This document shows, in pieces, positions 54,215-64,000 of a DNA stretch of 64,000 nucleotides. Below the pieces are notes generated by a model. It worked only from the letters and a program-made list of their open reading frames with translations. It was not told where the DNA came from and did not search any database. The stretch is from contig JBBEBM010000057.1 of NCBI GenBank assembly GCA_040882355.1, forward strand, positions 6,823 through 70,822. The letters run 5' to 3'. The position numbers and the translations under genes were made by a program. Each line of letters opens with the position of its first letter. The first letter of the stretch is position 1. The stretch comes from Dehalococcoidia bacterium (lineage in GTDB: Bacteria; Chloroflexota; Dehalococcoidia; DSTF01; RBG-16-68-14).

Positions 54215-55081
54215 CTAAACCTTGAGTCCCTCGACGCCGCCCACGATGTCCAGCAGCTCCTTCGTGATCTGCTCCTGGCGGGCCTTGTTGTACGTGAGCG
54301 TAAGCTCTTCGATCATCTCGTCCGCGGCGTCGGTGGCGTTGCGCATCGCCACCATGCGCGCCGACTGCTCGCTCGCGACGCCCTCCAGGATCGCCTCGTA
54401 GATCTGCATCTCGATGTAGCGGGGCAGGATCTCGGCGAGCACCGTCTCGCGGTCGGGCTCGTAGAGGTAGTCGACGCCATGCGTCGCCGCCTCTTGCGGG
54501 GGCTCGATCGGCAGGAGCTGGCGCGCCTCCGGCTGCTGGGTCATCGTGTTGACGAAGTACGGATAGACCAGGAAGACCTTGTCGAACGTGCCCGCGAGAT
54601 AGTCGTCGATGACGACGCGCGCGATTGGCAGCACCTCCTGGTATTCGGGGTAGTCGCCGAGCTCCGTGAACTCCGCCACGATGGGCACGTTCGTGCGGTG
54701 GAGGAAGTCGCGGCCCTTGCGCCCGACGGCGACGAACTTCACCGGCACGCCGGCTTCGACGGCGATCGCGCTCGCGCGCCGGTTCATGTTCGCCGGCAGG
54801 CCGCCGCAGAGGCCGCGGCCCGGCGTGATGAAGACCACGCCCGCCGTCTGCACCTCGCGGCGGCGGAGCAAGGGATGCATCGTGTCGGGGTCGAGCAGGG
54901 GCAGTGTCTCGGCGAGGTCGGCGAGCACCCAGTTCATTCGCTCGGCGTAAGGGCGACCAGCGAGCGCGCGCTGCTGGGCGCGTCGCATCTTCGACGCAGC
55001 GACCAGCTCCATCGCCTTCGTGATCTTGGCGGTGCTCTGGACCGACTTGATGCGTCTGCGGATCTGTCGGATCGTCGCCAT
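54215..55081 (-). CDS. atpG: ATP synthase F1 gamma subunit
   Basis: MATIRQIRRRIKSVQSTAKITKAMELVAASKMRRAQ and the C-terminal ITKELLDIVGG. Confidence 0.95.
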   Translation of the reverse strand: MATIRQIRRRIKSVQSTAKITKAMELVAASKMRRAQQRALAGRPYAERMNWVLADLAETLPLLDPDTMHPLLRRREVQTAGVVFITPGRGLCGGLPANMNRRASAIAVEAGVPVKFVAVGRKGRDFLHRTNVPIVAEFTELGDYPEYQEVLPIARVVIDDYLAGTFDKVFLVYPYFVNTMTQQPEARQLLPIEPPQEAATHGVDYLYEPDRETVLAEILPRYIEMQIYEAILEGVASEQSARMVAMRNATDAADEMIEELTLTYNKARQEQITKELLDIVGGVEGLKV

Positions 55082-55129
55082 CAGCGGACTCTTGAACGGA
55101 TCAGCGAATGCGTCATGGCGCCAATCAGG

Positions 55130-56641
55130 TTAGTAGGCCGCCGTTTGCTTGAAGGCCGCGATGGCGGCATTGGCCTTCTGCTGCAGCTCCGGCGGGAACT
55201 CGTGTGTCTCCATGATCGACTTGCCGATGTCGGCGTGGCTCGCGTCCATGTACTGGAAGAGCGCCTGCTCGAAGTCGCGCACTTTCTCCGCGGGCACGTC
55301 GTCCAGCAGGCCGGTGTTGCCGGCGAAGATGATCAGCACCTCCTTGTCCAGCGAGAGCGGCTGGTACTGCGGCTGCTTCAGGACCTCCTGGAGCCGCAGC
55401 CCCCGCTCGAGCTGGCGCCGCGTGCCAGGGTCGAGGTCGGATGCGCCGAACTGAGCGAACGCCTGTAGCTCGCGGAACTGCGCCATGTCCAGCCGGAGCT
55501 GGCGCGCGACGGCCTTCATCGCCGAGCGCTGGGCGGCGCTCCCGACACGCGAGACGGAGTTACCGGCGTTGATCGCCGGGCGCAAGCCTGAGGCGAAGAG
55601 GTCGCCCTCCAGGAAGAGCTGGCCGTCGGTGATGGACCAGACGTTGGACGGGATGTAGGCGGACACGTCGCCCGCCTGCGTCTCGACGATCGGCAGTGCC
55701 GTAAGCGAGCCGCCGCCGTGCGCGTCATCGAGCTTCGCCGCGCGCTCCAGGAGACGGCTGTGAAGGTAGAAGACGTCACCCGGATAGGCTTCGCGGCCGG
55801 GCGGGCGGCGGAGCAGGAGCGAGACCTGGCGGTAGGCCCAGCCGTGCTTCGAGAGGTCGTCGTAGACGATCAGGGCGTCCTTCCCTTGCGCCATGAACTC
55901 CTCGCCCATCGCGCAGCCGGCGTAGGGCGCCATGTACTGGAGCGCCGCTGACTCGGCGGCCGAGGAGGCGACGATGATCGTGTGCTCCATCGCGCCGTGC
56001 TCTTCCAGCACGTCGACGATCTGCGCCACCTTCGAGGCCTTCTGCCCGATAGCGACGTAGATGCAGGTCAGGTCGCCGCCCTTCTGGTTGATGATCGAGT
56101 CGATCGCGATCGTCGTCTTGCCCGTCGATCGGTCGCCGATGATGAGCTGGCGCTGCCCGCGCCCGATCGCCGTCATGGCGTCGATCGCCTTGATGCCGGT
56201 CTGCACGGGCGTGTCGACGCTCTTGCGTTCCGTCACGTCGGGCGCGATGCGCTCCACCGGACGGGTCTTGTCGGTGCTGATCGGGCCCTTGCCGTCGATC
56301 GGGTTGCCGAGCGGGTCGACGACGCGGCCGATGAGCGCGTCGCCAACGGGGACCTCGGCGATGCGGCCCGTCGAGCGGACTTCGTCGCCCTCTTTGATCT
56401 GCGTGTAGTCGCCCAGCACCATCACGCCCACGCTCTCCTCTTCGAGGTTGAGCGCGAGGCCGATGGTCCCGTTCGGGAACTCGACGAGCTCGCTCGCCAT
56501 CACGTTCGCGAGGCCGTGGACGCGCGCGATGCCGTCGCCGGCCTCGACGACGGTGCCGACGTCGGTGGTGACGGCCTCCGCGCCGAACTTCTCGATCTGC
56601 TCCTTGAGGATCGATGTAATCTCTTCGGGTCGTACTGCCAT
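55130..56641 (-). CDS. atpA: ATP synthase F1 alpha subunit
   Basis: GDRSTGKT P-loop and the typical alpha-subunit pattern. Confidence 0.97.
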   Translation of the reverse strand: MAVRPEEITSILKEQIEKFGAEAVTTDVGTVVEAGDGIARVHGLANVMASELVEFPNGTIGLALNLEEESVGVMVLGDYTQIKEGDEVRSTGRIAEVPVGDALIGRVVDPLGNPIDGKGPISTDKTRPVERIAPDVTERKSVDTPVQTGIKAIDAMTAIGRGQRQLIIGDRSTGKTTIAIDSIINQKGGDLTCIYVAIGQKASKVAQIVDVLEEHGAMEHTIIVASSAAESAALQYMAPYAGCAMGEEFMAQGKDALIVYDDLSKHGWAYRQVSLLLRRPPGREAYPGDVFYLHSRLLERAAKLDDAHGGGSLTALPIVETQAGDVSAYIPSNVWSITDGQLFLEGDLFASGLRPAINAGNSVSRVGSAAQRSAMKAVARQLRLDMAQFRELQAFAQFGASDLDPGTRRQLERGLRLQEVLKQPQYQPLSLDKEVLIIFAGNTGLLDDVPAEKVRDFEQALFQYMDASHADIGKSIMETHEFPPELQQKANAAIAAFKQTAAY

Positions 56642-56662
56642 CTCGTAACCCCCGATGTATCG

Positions 56663-57202
56663 TTAGCCGGCGCTGCCGGCCAGACGTCGCTTGAGCGCGA
56701 TCAACTTCGTGCGCGTGCTGCCGTCGATGAGGCGGTCGCCGATGCGGGCGACCAGCCCCCCTAGCAGCTCCGGGTCTTCGTTCACCTCTATCTGCACCTG
56801 CTTGCCCGTCAGCTCCGAGAGCTTTCGCGCGAGCGCCTCGCGCTCGTCGCTGCTCAGCGCGACCGCCGTGGTCACCCGCGCGTGAGCGATGCCCCGGTGC
56901 TCGTCGAGGAGCTCCTGGAAGGCCTCGGCGATCTGCGGCAGCAGCGCCAGCCGCGATTTCGCGGCGAGGAGCCGGACCAGGTTCCAGACCAGCGGTGTCA
57001 TCTCGCCGGCGATCCGCTGGAGGAACTCTGCCTTCTGCTCCGGACCGACGTGGCGGCTGCTGACGAAGGCGACCGCCTCCGGCATCGAGAGCGAGGCGGC
57101 GAGGGAGTGCAGGTCGCGCTCCCAGGCCTCGAGCTCGCTCTTGTCGCGGGCCAGCTCGAACGCGGCCTGGGCGTAGCGCCTGGCGGCCAGGTCGCGCAGC
57201 AC
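56663..57202 (-). CDS. atpH: ATP synthase F1 delta (OSCP) subunit
   Basis: 179 aa, RYAQAAFELA... pattern, and operon position. Confidence 0.85.
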   Translation of the reverse strand: MLRDLAARRYAQAAFELARDKSELEAWERDLHSLAASLSMPEAVAFVSSRHVGPEQKAEFLQRIAGEMTPLVWNLVRLLAAKSRLALLPQIAEAFQELLDEHRGIAHARVTTAVALSSDEREALARKLSELTGKQVQIEVNEDPELLGGLVARIGDRLIDGSTRTKLIALKRRLAGSAG

Positions 57203-57700
57203 TTAGTTCTCCCGGAACGTCGACTCCGCCAGCGTCTCATCGATGAGGCGCCGGTGGGCCTGCTTGTCGAGCGACTGGCCGATCACCTTCTCGGCGGCGC
57301 TGACGGTGATGTCGGCGAACTCCTTGCGCAGCTCGCCGATCGCCTGATCGCGTTCGAGTTGGATCTCGCTGCGCGCGCGCTCCAGCAGCGCGTCCGCGTC
57401 GCGGCGGGCCTGGGCGCGCGACTCCTCCTGGATGCGGTTCGCCGCCTCCTGCGCCTGGGCGATCAGCGCCTGCCCCTGCTGGCGAGCCTGGTCGAGCTGC
57501 TGCGAGACCTCCTGCTCGGCCTGCGTCGCCCTCTGCTGCGATTGCTCCGCCGCGTCCAGTCCTTCGCGAACGCGCTGGGCGCGCCGGTCGAGCATGGCGA
57601 GTACGGGCTTGTACAGGAAGAGCCGCAACACCAACAGCACGATGAAGAAGTTGATCACCTGCGCTATCAGCAGCGGGAGGTTGATGCCTAGCTGTTCCAT
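57203..57700 (-). CDS. atpF: ATP synthase Fo b subunit
   Basis: N-terminal TM helix followed by a long charged coiled coil. Confidence 0.85.
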   Translation of the reverse strand: MEQLGINLPLLIAQVINFFIVLLVLRLFLYKPVLAMLDRRAQRVREGLDAAEQSQQRATQAEQEVSQQLDQARQQGQALIAQAQEAANRIQEESRAQARRDADALLERARSEIQLERDQAIGELRKEFADITVSAAEKVIGQSLDKQAHRRLIDETLAESTFREN

Positions 57701-57733
57701 GGTCAGTCCTTGCTTTCGACAGGCGCGCCCTCG

Positions 57734-59171
<1,438 letters not shown>

Positions 59172-59175
<4 letters not shown>

Positions 59176-59450
59176 TCGTCGTCCTTTTTGGATCGTCGCT
59201 GGCCTATGACCAGCGTGTCTACCAGCATGCGGTAACCGCCGTAGAAGGCGACCACCAGTCCCAGCAGCATTCCTAGCAGCGTCAGCAGCGGGCGGCTGCC
59301 CGCAACCTGATCAAGAAGCAAGCCGCCGAATGTCCCGGCGATGATGCATACCGCGAAGTACCAGCCGATGCCGATGAGCCGCGCGGCAGGCGGCAAACGA
59401 TCCATCGCCAGCCTCCACCGGCCTTTCTCAGACTTTGAGAATCCTATCAC
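59172..59450 (-). CDS. atpZ: AtpZ/AtpI-family small membrane protein
   Basis: 92 aa with two TM helices. First gene of the atp operon, overlapping atpB by 4 nt. Confidence 0.7.
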
Positions 59451-59523
59451 ATACTTTGGCCACGATCAACAATGAAAAGAGCGCCCCACGACGGGCGCCC
59501 TACACGGTAGAAGCGGATTCGAG

Positions 59524-60066
59524 CTAGGACTTGCGCTTGTCGAAGTCGTCCAGGTCCAGGCTCTCGATGAAGTCGCGGAAGGCGGACATGCGCTGGAGCT
59601 CCTCCTCGTCCACCTTGCCGATCGGCTCCTGGTCCATCGTCGCTCCGGCGATCGGCTCGCCTTCCTTATCGAGCAGCACGCCGGCCCGTTCCAGGACGCC
59701 GTCCTCGGCAAAGATCGGCACCTGGGCGCGCACGGCCAGGGCGATGGCATCGCTGGGGCGGGAGTCGATCTCCATCTGCTCCCCGTTCACGACGAGCATG
59801 ATGCGGGCGAAGAAGGTGTCATTTGCCAGGTCGTTGACAATAATGTACTCGACGGTGGCGCCCAGCTTGTCGAGCACGTCCCTGAGCAGATCGTGGGTGA
59901 GGGGGCGGGGAACGGAGACCTCCTGAAGCCGGACTGCGATGGCGTCAGCTTCAGCGGGGCCGATCCAGATAGGGAGATAGCGGTCGGCGTCCTTCTCCTT
60001 CAAGATGACCACCCGCTGGTAGTTCATCAGGCTGACGCGGATGCCCTCGATGGTCATCTCGACCAC
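59524..60066 (-). CDS. Bifunctional nuclease (BFN/DUF151) family protein
   Basis: VVILKEKDADRYLPIWIGPAEADAIA...RPLTHDLL...DSRPSDAIALAVR pattern. Confidence 0.85.
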   Translation of the reverse strand: MVEMTIEGIRVSLMNYQRVVILKEKDADRYLPIWIGPAEADAIAVRLQEVSVPRPLTHDLLRDVLDKLGATVEYIIVNDLANDTFFARIMLVVNGEQMEIDSRPSDAIALAVRAQVPIFAEDGVLERAGVLLDKEGEPIAGATMDQEPIGKVDEEELQRMSAFRDFIESLDLDDFDKRKS

Positions 60067-60110
60067 GGTGTGCGTTTCCCTCCTGTGTGAATCCAGTCTA
60101 GCCCGATGCT

Positions 60111-61526
60111 TCAGGTGGTGTCAATTGAACCTGACACAGCCTGGTGTGGCGCCGCCCATTCAGGACTGCTGCCCCCCGAGGTGGGTGGCCGGCCGCGCAA
60201 CCAGCGCTGCTCCAGATAGAGACTCAGCGCCCCCGCGAAGGCGATCAGCACCGCGATCGCGAGCACCACACGGCTTACCCCATATTGATCGGCAATTCCG
60301 CCGACCACCACTAGTGGGATGAGGGCTACCCCGTTCGCCAGCACCATCTGGGACGCGAAGATGCGCCCGCGCATCTCTGTCGGGGTCCTCTCATGGAGGA
60401 GGGTCTGGGCCGGCGCGTTGAGCAGCGCGTAGAAGACCCCCATGGGGCCGGCGACCAAGACGGTAATCGAAACCAGGATCGACTGGCCGAAGATCTGCTC
60501 CGTCCCGAACGGGTTGAAGCGGTCCGTTCGCTCCAACGCGTCCGCGATCAGCTCGACAGAGCCGAACGCGGCGAGACAGATCGCGAGCCCGAACAGCCCC
60601 AGCGCAACCGTCTTGGTGTGGCCCAGCCGCGGCACGATCCAGGGCACGGCGCGCAGGCCGAGCAACGCCCCGAACGCCACCGGCGCGAAGACGGCGACCG
60701 CGTCCTCCGGCGGCCGCTGCAGCACCTCTTGCATGTAGCCGGGCACCAGCACCGCAAAGATCAGGACCATCGTACTGCTGATCGCGATGTGCGCCATCGC
60801 CAGGTAGGCGATTGGATCAGCGCGCAAGGTGTTGAGCGCCTTCATCAGCTCGGAGACCGCCCCGCGCAGTTCGGCCCGGCCCGGCAGCACGCCATCCCCC
60901 TCCTGCTCTCCGTCGTGGCCGATTGGCGGCAGCAGACGGGCGAGCAGCGTCGCGACCAGGAAGGCGATCATGCAGATGATGAAAAGCTGGGCGACTCCTG
61001 TCGTCTTCAGGATCAGGGGCGCGAGGAAGATCAGTCCGGCAATCTGCGCGATCGTGAAACCGAGGCTGAAGAGGCTGTTCGCGCTGATGAGCTGCTGCCG
61101 CGACACCATGTACGGGATCGACGCGGCGTTCGTCGTCGTGAAGAGCTGGCTGAAGCTGGCGAACACGACGGTGATCGTATAGAGCGCCCAGACGTGGTCG
61201 CGCCCGAAGAAGAAGGCCAGCGCCGCGATGGCGCGGCCGGCGTTGGTGATGATCAAAATGCGCCGCTTGCTCCACCGGTCCACCAGCACACCCGAGAAGA
61301 TCCCAAACACGACCGTCGGCACGACGAAGGCAAGCACCACGCCGCTCGTCGTGGCCGTGGACCCGGTGAGGTCGATCACGCGAATGATGAGCGTGTAGAG
61401 GATCGCGTTCTGCGCCGTCTGCGAGATGATCTGCGCCAGCCAGAGGTGCAGGAAGCCCTGGTTGGTGAGGACGGGAGGAACGCGCTCCTCCAGCTCCCGG
61501 GCCCTTGTCTCAGCTCGCTTCAGCAT
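60111..61526 (-). CDS. MFS transporter (EntS/MFS_3-like)
   Basis: 471 aa, about 12 TM, with a DRWSKRR loop motif. Confidence 0.85.
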   Translation of the reverse strand: MLKRAETRARELEERVPPVLTNQGFLHLWLAQIISQTAQNAILYTLIIRVIDLTGSTATTSGVVLAFVVPTVVFGIFSGVLVDRWSKRRILIITNAGRAIAALAFFFGRDHVWALYTITVVFASFSQLFTTTNAASIPYMVSRQQLISANSLFSLGFTIAQIAGLIFLAPLILKTTGVAQLFIICMIAFLVATLLARLLPPIGHDGEQEGDGVLPGRAELRGAVSELMKALNTLRADPIAYLAMAHIAISSTMVLIFAVLVPGYMQEVLQRPPEDAVAVFAPVAFGALLGLRAVPWIVPRLGHTKTVALGLFGLAICLAAFGSVELIADALERTDRFNPFGTEQIFGQSILVSITVLVAGPMGVFYALLNAPAQTLLHERTPTEMRGRIFASQMVLANGVALIPLVVVGGIADQYGVSRVVLAIAVLIAFAGALSLYLEQRWLRGRPPTSGGSSPEWAAPHQAVSGSIDTT

Positions 61527-62877
61527 CTACCAACGGGCCCGGTCTGGCGGCGGCGCGGGCGAACGCCCAGCCCGCAGCGCCGACCATGATGATCACGAAC
61601 AGGAACAGCACGGCCTCTACGGTGAACACCTCCGCCAGCAGTCCAGCCAGGAGGATCGGCGGGATGGAGGCGAGGTTGATGAGCACGTTCTGCGCGGCGA
61701 AGATGCGGCCCTGCAGCTCCATCGGCATCCGCTGCTGCACGATCGAGCGGCTGGCGACACCCAGGACTGAGAAGGAGAAAGCGGCGGCGCTGGAGAAGAT
61801 GGCGGTGAGGATGATGCGGGCCGAGGTATCGCCGAACGGACCGGGGTCGAACATGCCGAACGCGTTCATGGCCTCCAGCCAGGAGCCTAGCGGTCGAATG
61901 AGGCCGAGCGCAAACAGCGACCCGGCGAGCATGGCGAACCCCCAGCCAAGCAGCCAACCGGCCGCCAACCGCCGGTCAAGCCACTGCACCAGCCGCAGGC
62001 CCGCCAGCACACCCACCGCCGCCGGCGCGAACACGTAGATCGCGTTTTGCACCTCCATGCCAAGCGGCCCGGTGACGAAGCGCGGCATGAGCGTCACCGC
62101 CACGAGCGACGCAGTGCTCGCCAGCACGACGATGATCACGGCCATGTACGCCACCAGGTCGCGGTTGAGCGTGTCCCAGGCCTGCGCGAACTGCTTCCGC
62201 ACCTGTTGCACGGCGTCGATCGTGCTGTCGATGTCGATCTGGCGCGAGCCCAGGTGATGGATGCTCAGGAAGACCAGCGCCCCCGCGCCGAAGAGCACGC
62301 CGGCGACGAAGAAGAGCGGCCGCTCGCCTACGGTGTTCAGGAACAACGCAGGCAGGACGGCGAACCCAACGATCTGACTGACGAGACCGCCGAGGTTGCT
62401 GATCGAGTTCGCCGAGGTGAGCTGATTCGAGCGCACGAGCTGGGGCAGCGCCGCCGCCTCCGCGGGCGTAGCGAACTGCGATGTGATCGCGATGAGGAGC
62501 GCCACGCCGTAGATCGTCCCGAGGCTCGGGTTGGACACGATCAGCAGGAACATCAGCGCCAGACGCGCGACGTTCACCGCCGCCAGCACGAGGTTCTTCG
62601 GCAGGCGGTCGACCAGCACGCCCGAGATCGTGCCCAACGTGGCCGTCGGCAGGATGTAGGCGGTGATGAAGAGGGCGCTCTTGATGCTGGAGCCGCTGCC
62701 GGAGTCGCCCACCGCCAGCACGAGCAGCGTATAGAGCACCATGTTGAGGCCGGTGTGCGAGAGCAGCCGGCCGAGCCAGAGCTGGCGAAAGCCGTCCTCG
62801 TGGAGCAGCGCGTGGCCACCCGTTAGCAGCTCCCAGCGCAGGCGGGGCAGCCGCGTCTCGACCACGTCGCCGGTCAC
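61510..62877 (-). CDS. MFS transporter (paralogue of 60111..61526)
   Basis: 455 aa with a VDRLPKN loop motif. Overlaps the downstream paralogue by 17 nt. Confidence 0.85.
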   Translation of the reverse strand: MTGDVVETRLPRLRWELLTGGHALLHEDGFRQLWLGRLLSHTGLNMVLYTLLVLAVGDSGSGSSIKSALFITAYILPTATLGTISGVLVDRLPKNLVLAAVNVARLALMFLLIVSNPSLGTIYGVALLIAITSQFATPAEAAALPQLVRSNQLTSANSISNLGGLVSQIVGFAVLPALFLNTVGERPLFFVAGVLFGAGALVFLSIHHLGSRQIDIDSTIDAVQQVRKQFAQAWDTLNRDLVAYMAVIIVVLASTASLVAVTLMPRFVTGPLGMEVQNAIYVFAPAAVGVLAGLRLVQWLDRRLAAGWLLGWGFAMLAGSLFALGLIRPLGSWLEAMNAFGMFDPGPFGDTSARIILTAIFSSAAAFSFSVLGVASRSIVQQRMPMELQGRIFAAQNVLINLASIPPILLAGLLAEVFTVEAVLFLFVIIMVGAAGWAFARAAARPGPLVDAEAS

Positions 62878-63104
62878 GCCGAAGGCACCTCATCCTCGCG
62901 GAAGATCAGTCGCGCCTTTTCCGGGTCGATCGGCTCGCCGCGGGAGACGAAGGTCTTGAGTCGCTTTTCGAGCGTCCGGCGCTCCAGGAGCACGCGCCGG
63001 CTACAGCTCCGGCAGCGCAGGCCGATGTCCGCCCCCAGGCGAACGACCTCCCACTCAAAGCTCCCACAGGGGTGAGGCTTGCGCAGCCGCAGCACGTCGC
63101 CCAT
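62874..63104 (-). CDS. DUF951 family protein
   Basis: The internal ATG at 63104 gives MGDVLRLRKPHPCGSFEWEVVRLGADIGLRCRSCSRRVLLERRTLEKRLK. Confidence 0.75.
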   Translation of the reverse strand: MGDVLRLRKPHPCGSFEWEVVRLGADIGLRCRSCSRRVLLERRTLEKRLKTFVSRGEPIDPEKARLIFREDEVPSA

Positions 63105-63123
63105 CAGGAACTCCAGCGGCACG

Positions 63124-63957
63124 TTAGCCCCGAGACTCCGCGGGTTGCGTTTCGCGCAGGTCCTCGATGGCCGCGCGCAGCGCCTCAGCCTGCTGACGGG
63201 CCGCCTGCGCGAAGTCGCTCCCAGGCGACGCATAGAGCACCGAACGCGAGGCGTTGACGACGATCCCCGCGCCGGCCGCGTCGAGTCCCGCTCGCACGGC
63301 CTCCTCCAGGGCGCCCTCTTGCGCGCCGACGCCGGGCACCAGGAAGGGCAGCTCCGGACAGAGAGCGCGAAGGCGGCGCGTTTCTTCGGGATAGGTCGCC
63401 CCGACAACCAGGCCGACGTTGCGGTGGCGGTCCCACGAGAGCGCCATCTCCGCTACAGCCTCGTACAGCGGCCGCGCTTGACCGGCGTCCTCCACCAGCA
63501 GGTCCTGCAGGTCGCGCGCGCCCGGGTTCGACGTGCGGCAGACGATGAAGACGCCGCGGTCCGCCCGGGCGACGAACGGCTCGACGGCGTCGCCGCCGAG
63601 GTACGGGTTCACCGTCGCCGCATCGAAGCCCAACTCATCGAACAGCGCGCGCGCATAGGCCTCGGCGGTATGGGCAACGTCGCCCCGCTTGGCGTCGGCG
63701 ATAACCGGGATGTCGTCCGGTATGGCCTGGAGCACGGCGCGCAGGGCAGCGTAACCCTGCTCGCCGAGCTGTTCGTAGAAGGCCAGGTTGGGCTTGTACG
63801 CGCAGACCAGGTCCTTCGTCGCCTCAACGACCGCGCAGAGGAAGTCGGCGACACCACCGTCCGGCAAGCGCGCCGGGTCGGGGTCGAGCCCGACGCAAAG
63901 CAGGCTGCGGTTGCGCTCCGCAGCGCGCGTCAGCTTCTCACGAAAGCTCATCGACAC
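63124..63957 (-). CDS. pyrF: Orotidine 5'-phosphate decarboxylase (type 2)
   Basis: LCVGLDPDP, DAKRGDV, and a ~277-aa long-form PyrF. Confidence 0.9.
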   Translation of the reverse strand: MSMSFREKLTRAAERNRSLLCVGLDPDPARLPDGGVADFLCAVVEATKDLVCAYKPNLAFYEQLGEQGYAALRAVLQAIPDDIPVIADAKRGDVAHTAEAYARALFDELGFDAATVNPYLGGDAVEPFVARADRGVFIVCRTSNPGARDLQDLLVEDAGQARPLYEAVAEMALSWDRHRNVGLVVGATYPEETRRLRALCPELPFLVPGVGAQEGALEEAVRAGLDAAGAGIVVNASRSVLYASPGSDFAQAARQQAEALRAAIEDLRETQPAESRG

Positions 63958-64000
63958 CCGACTGCCTGCTCCCTGGGATGGTAGCCCCGCGCGAGAAAGC

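Overview
The window is high-GC (roughly two thirds G+C by eye), densely coding bacterial chromosome. Gene content and repeat style suggest a Chloroflexota/Thermomicrobia-like or similar high-GC organism, but that is inference only. Most of it is housekeeping:
- A fragmented riboflavin operon: ribD, ribE, ribBA, with ribH displaced about 6.6 kb.
- A moaD-moaE fusion, dcd, nadA, selD and pyrF.
- A complete F1Fo ATP synthase operon: atpZ-B-E-F-H-A-G-D-C.
- An rpsU/csp/RRM RNA-handling cluster.
- Alkylation and base-excision repair genes: ycaQ-like, ogt, an ada-alkA fusion, nth.
- Two ABC-2 exporter pairs, three MFS transporters, and one OmpR/histidine-kinase pair.

I saw no rRNA, tRNA, CRISPR array, transposase or integrase.

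The most unusual region is about 23.6-31.1 kb. It holds an NpmA/KamB-like 16S rRNA m1A1408 methyltransferase homologue, followed by three tandem, diverged GT-C (GT39/PMT_2-like) membrane glycosyltransferases. Each glycosyltransferase ends in an extra TM helix plus a GspG/pseudopilin-like domain. Relic fragments of the flanking genes mark the duplication junctions. A 191-bp block with a single mismatch sits at the 5' ends of two of the copies. In that block an SD-ATG lies in a different frame from the enzyme ORF, next to a G5 run.

Other points of interest:
- A fourth large GT-C protein with PA14-like modules, next to the two-component system.
- A dispersed ~90-nt GC-rich repeat family.
- A 59-bp direct repeat bracketing a ~1-kb gene insertion at the 3' end of an ABC permease.
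- Perfect palindromes upstream of nadA and between ogt and ada-alkA.
- Two structured divergent intergenic regions, at 35.4-35.6 kb and 50.0-50.5 kb.
- A translationally coupled selD-GNAT-methyltransferase operon.
- A membrane-tethered LuxR-HTH/TolB-like propeller protein.
- An unusually long ATP synthase a subunit.

Several genes appear split across reading frames. Assembly indel errors must be excluded before any frameshift is read as biology. All functional calls come from recognising motifs in the supplied translations; no database search was run.
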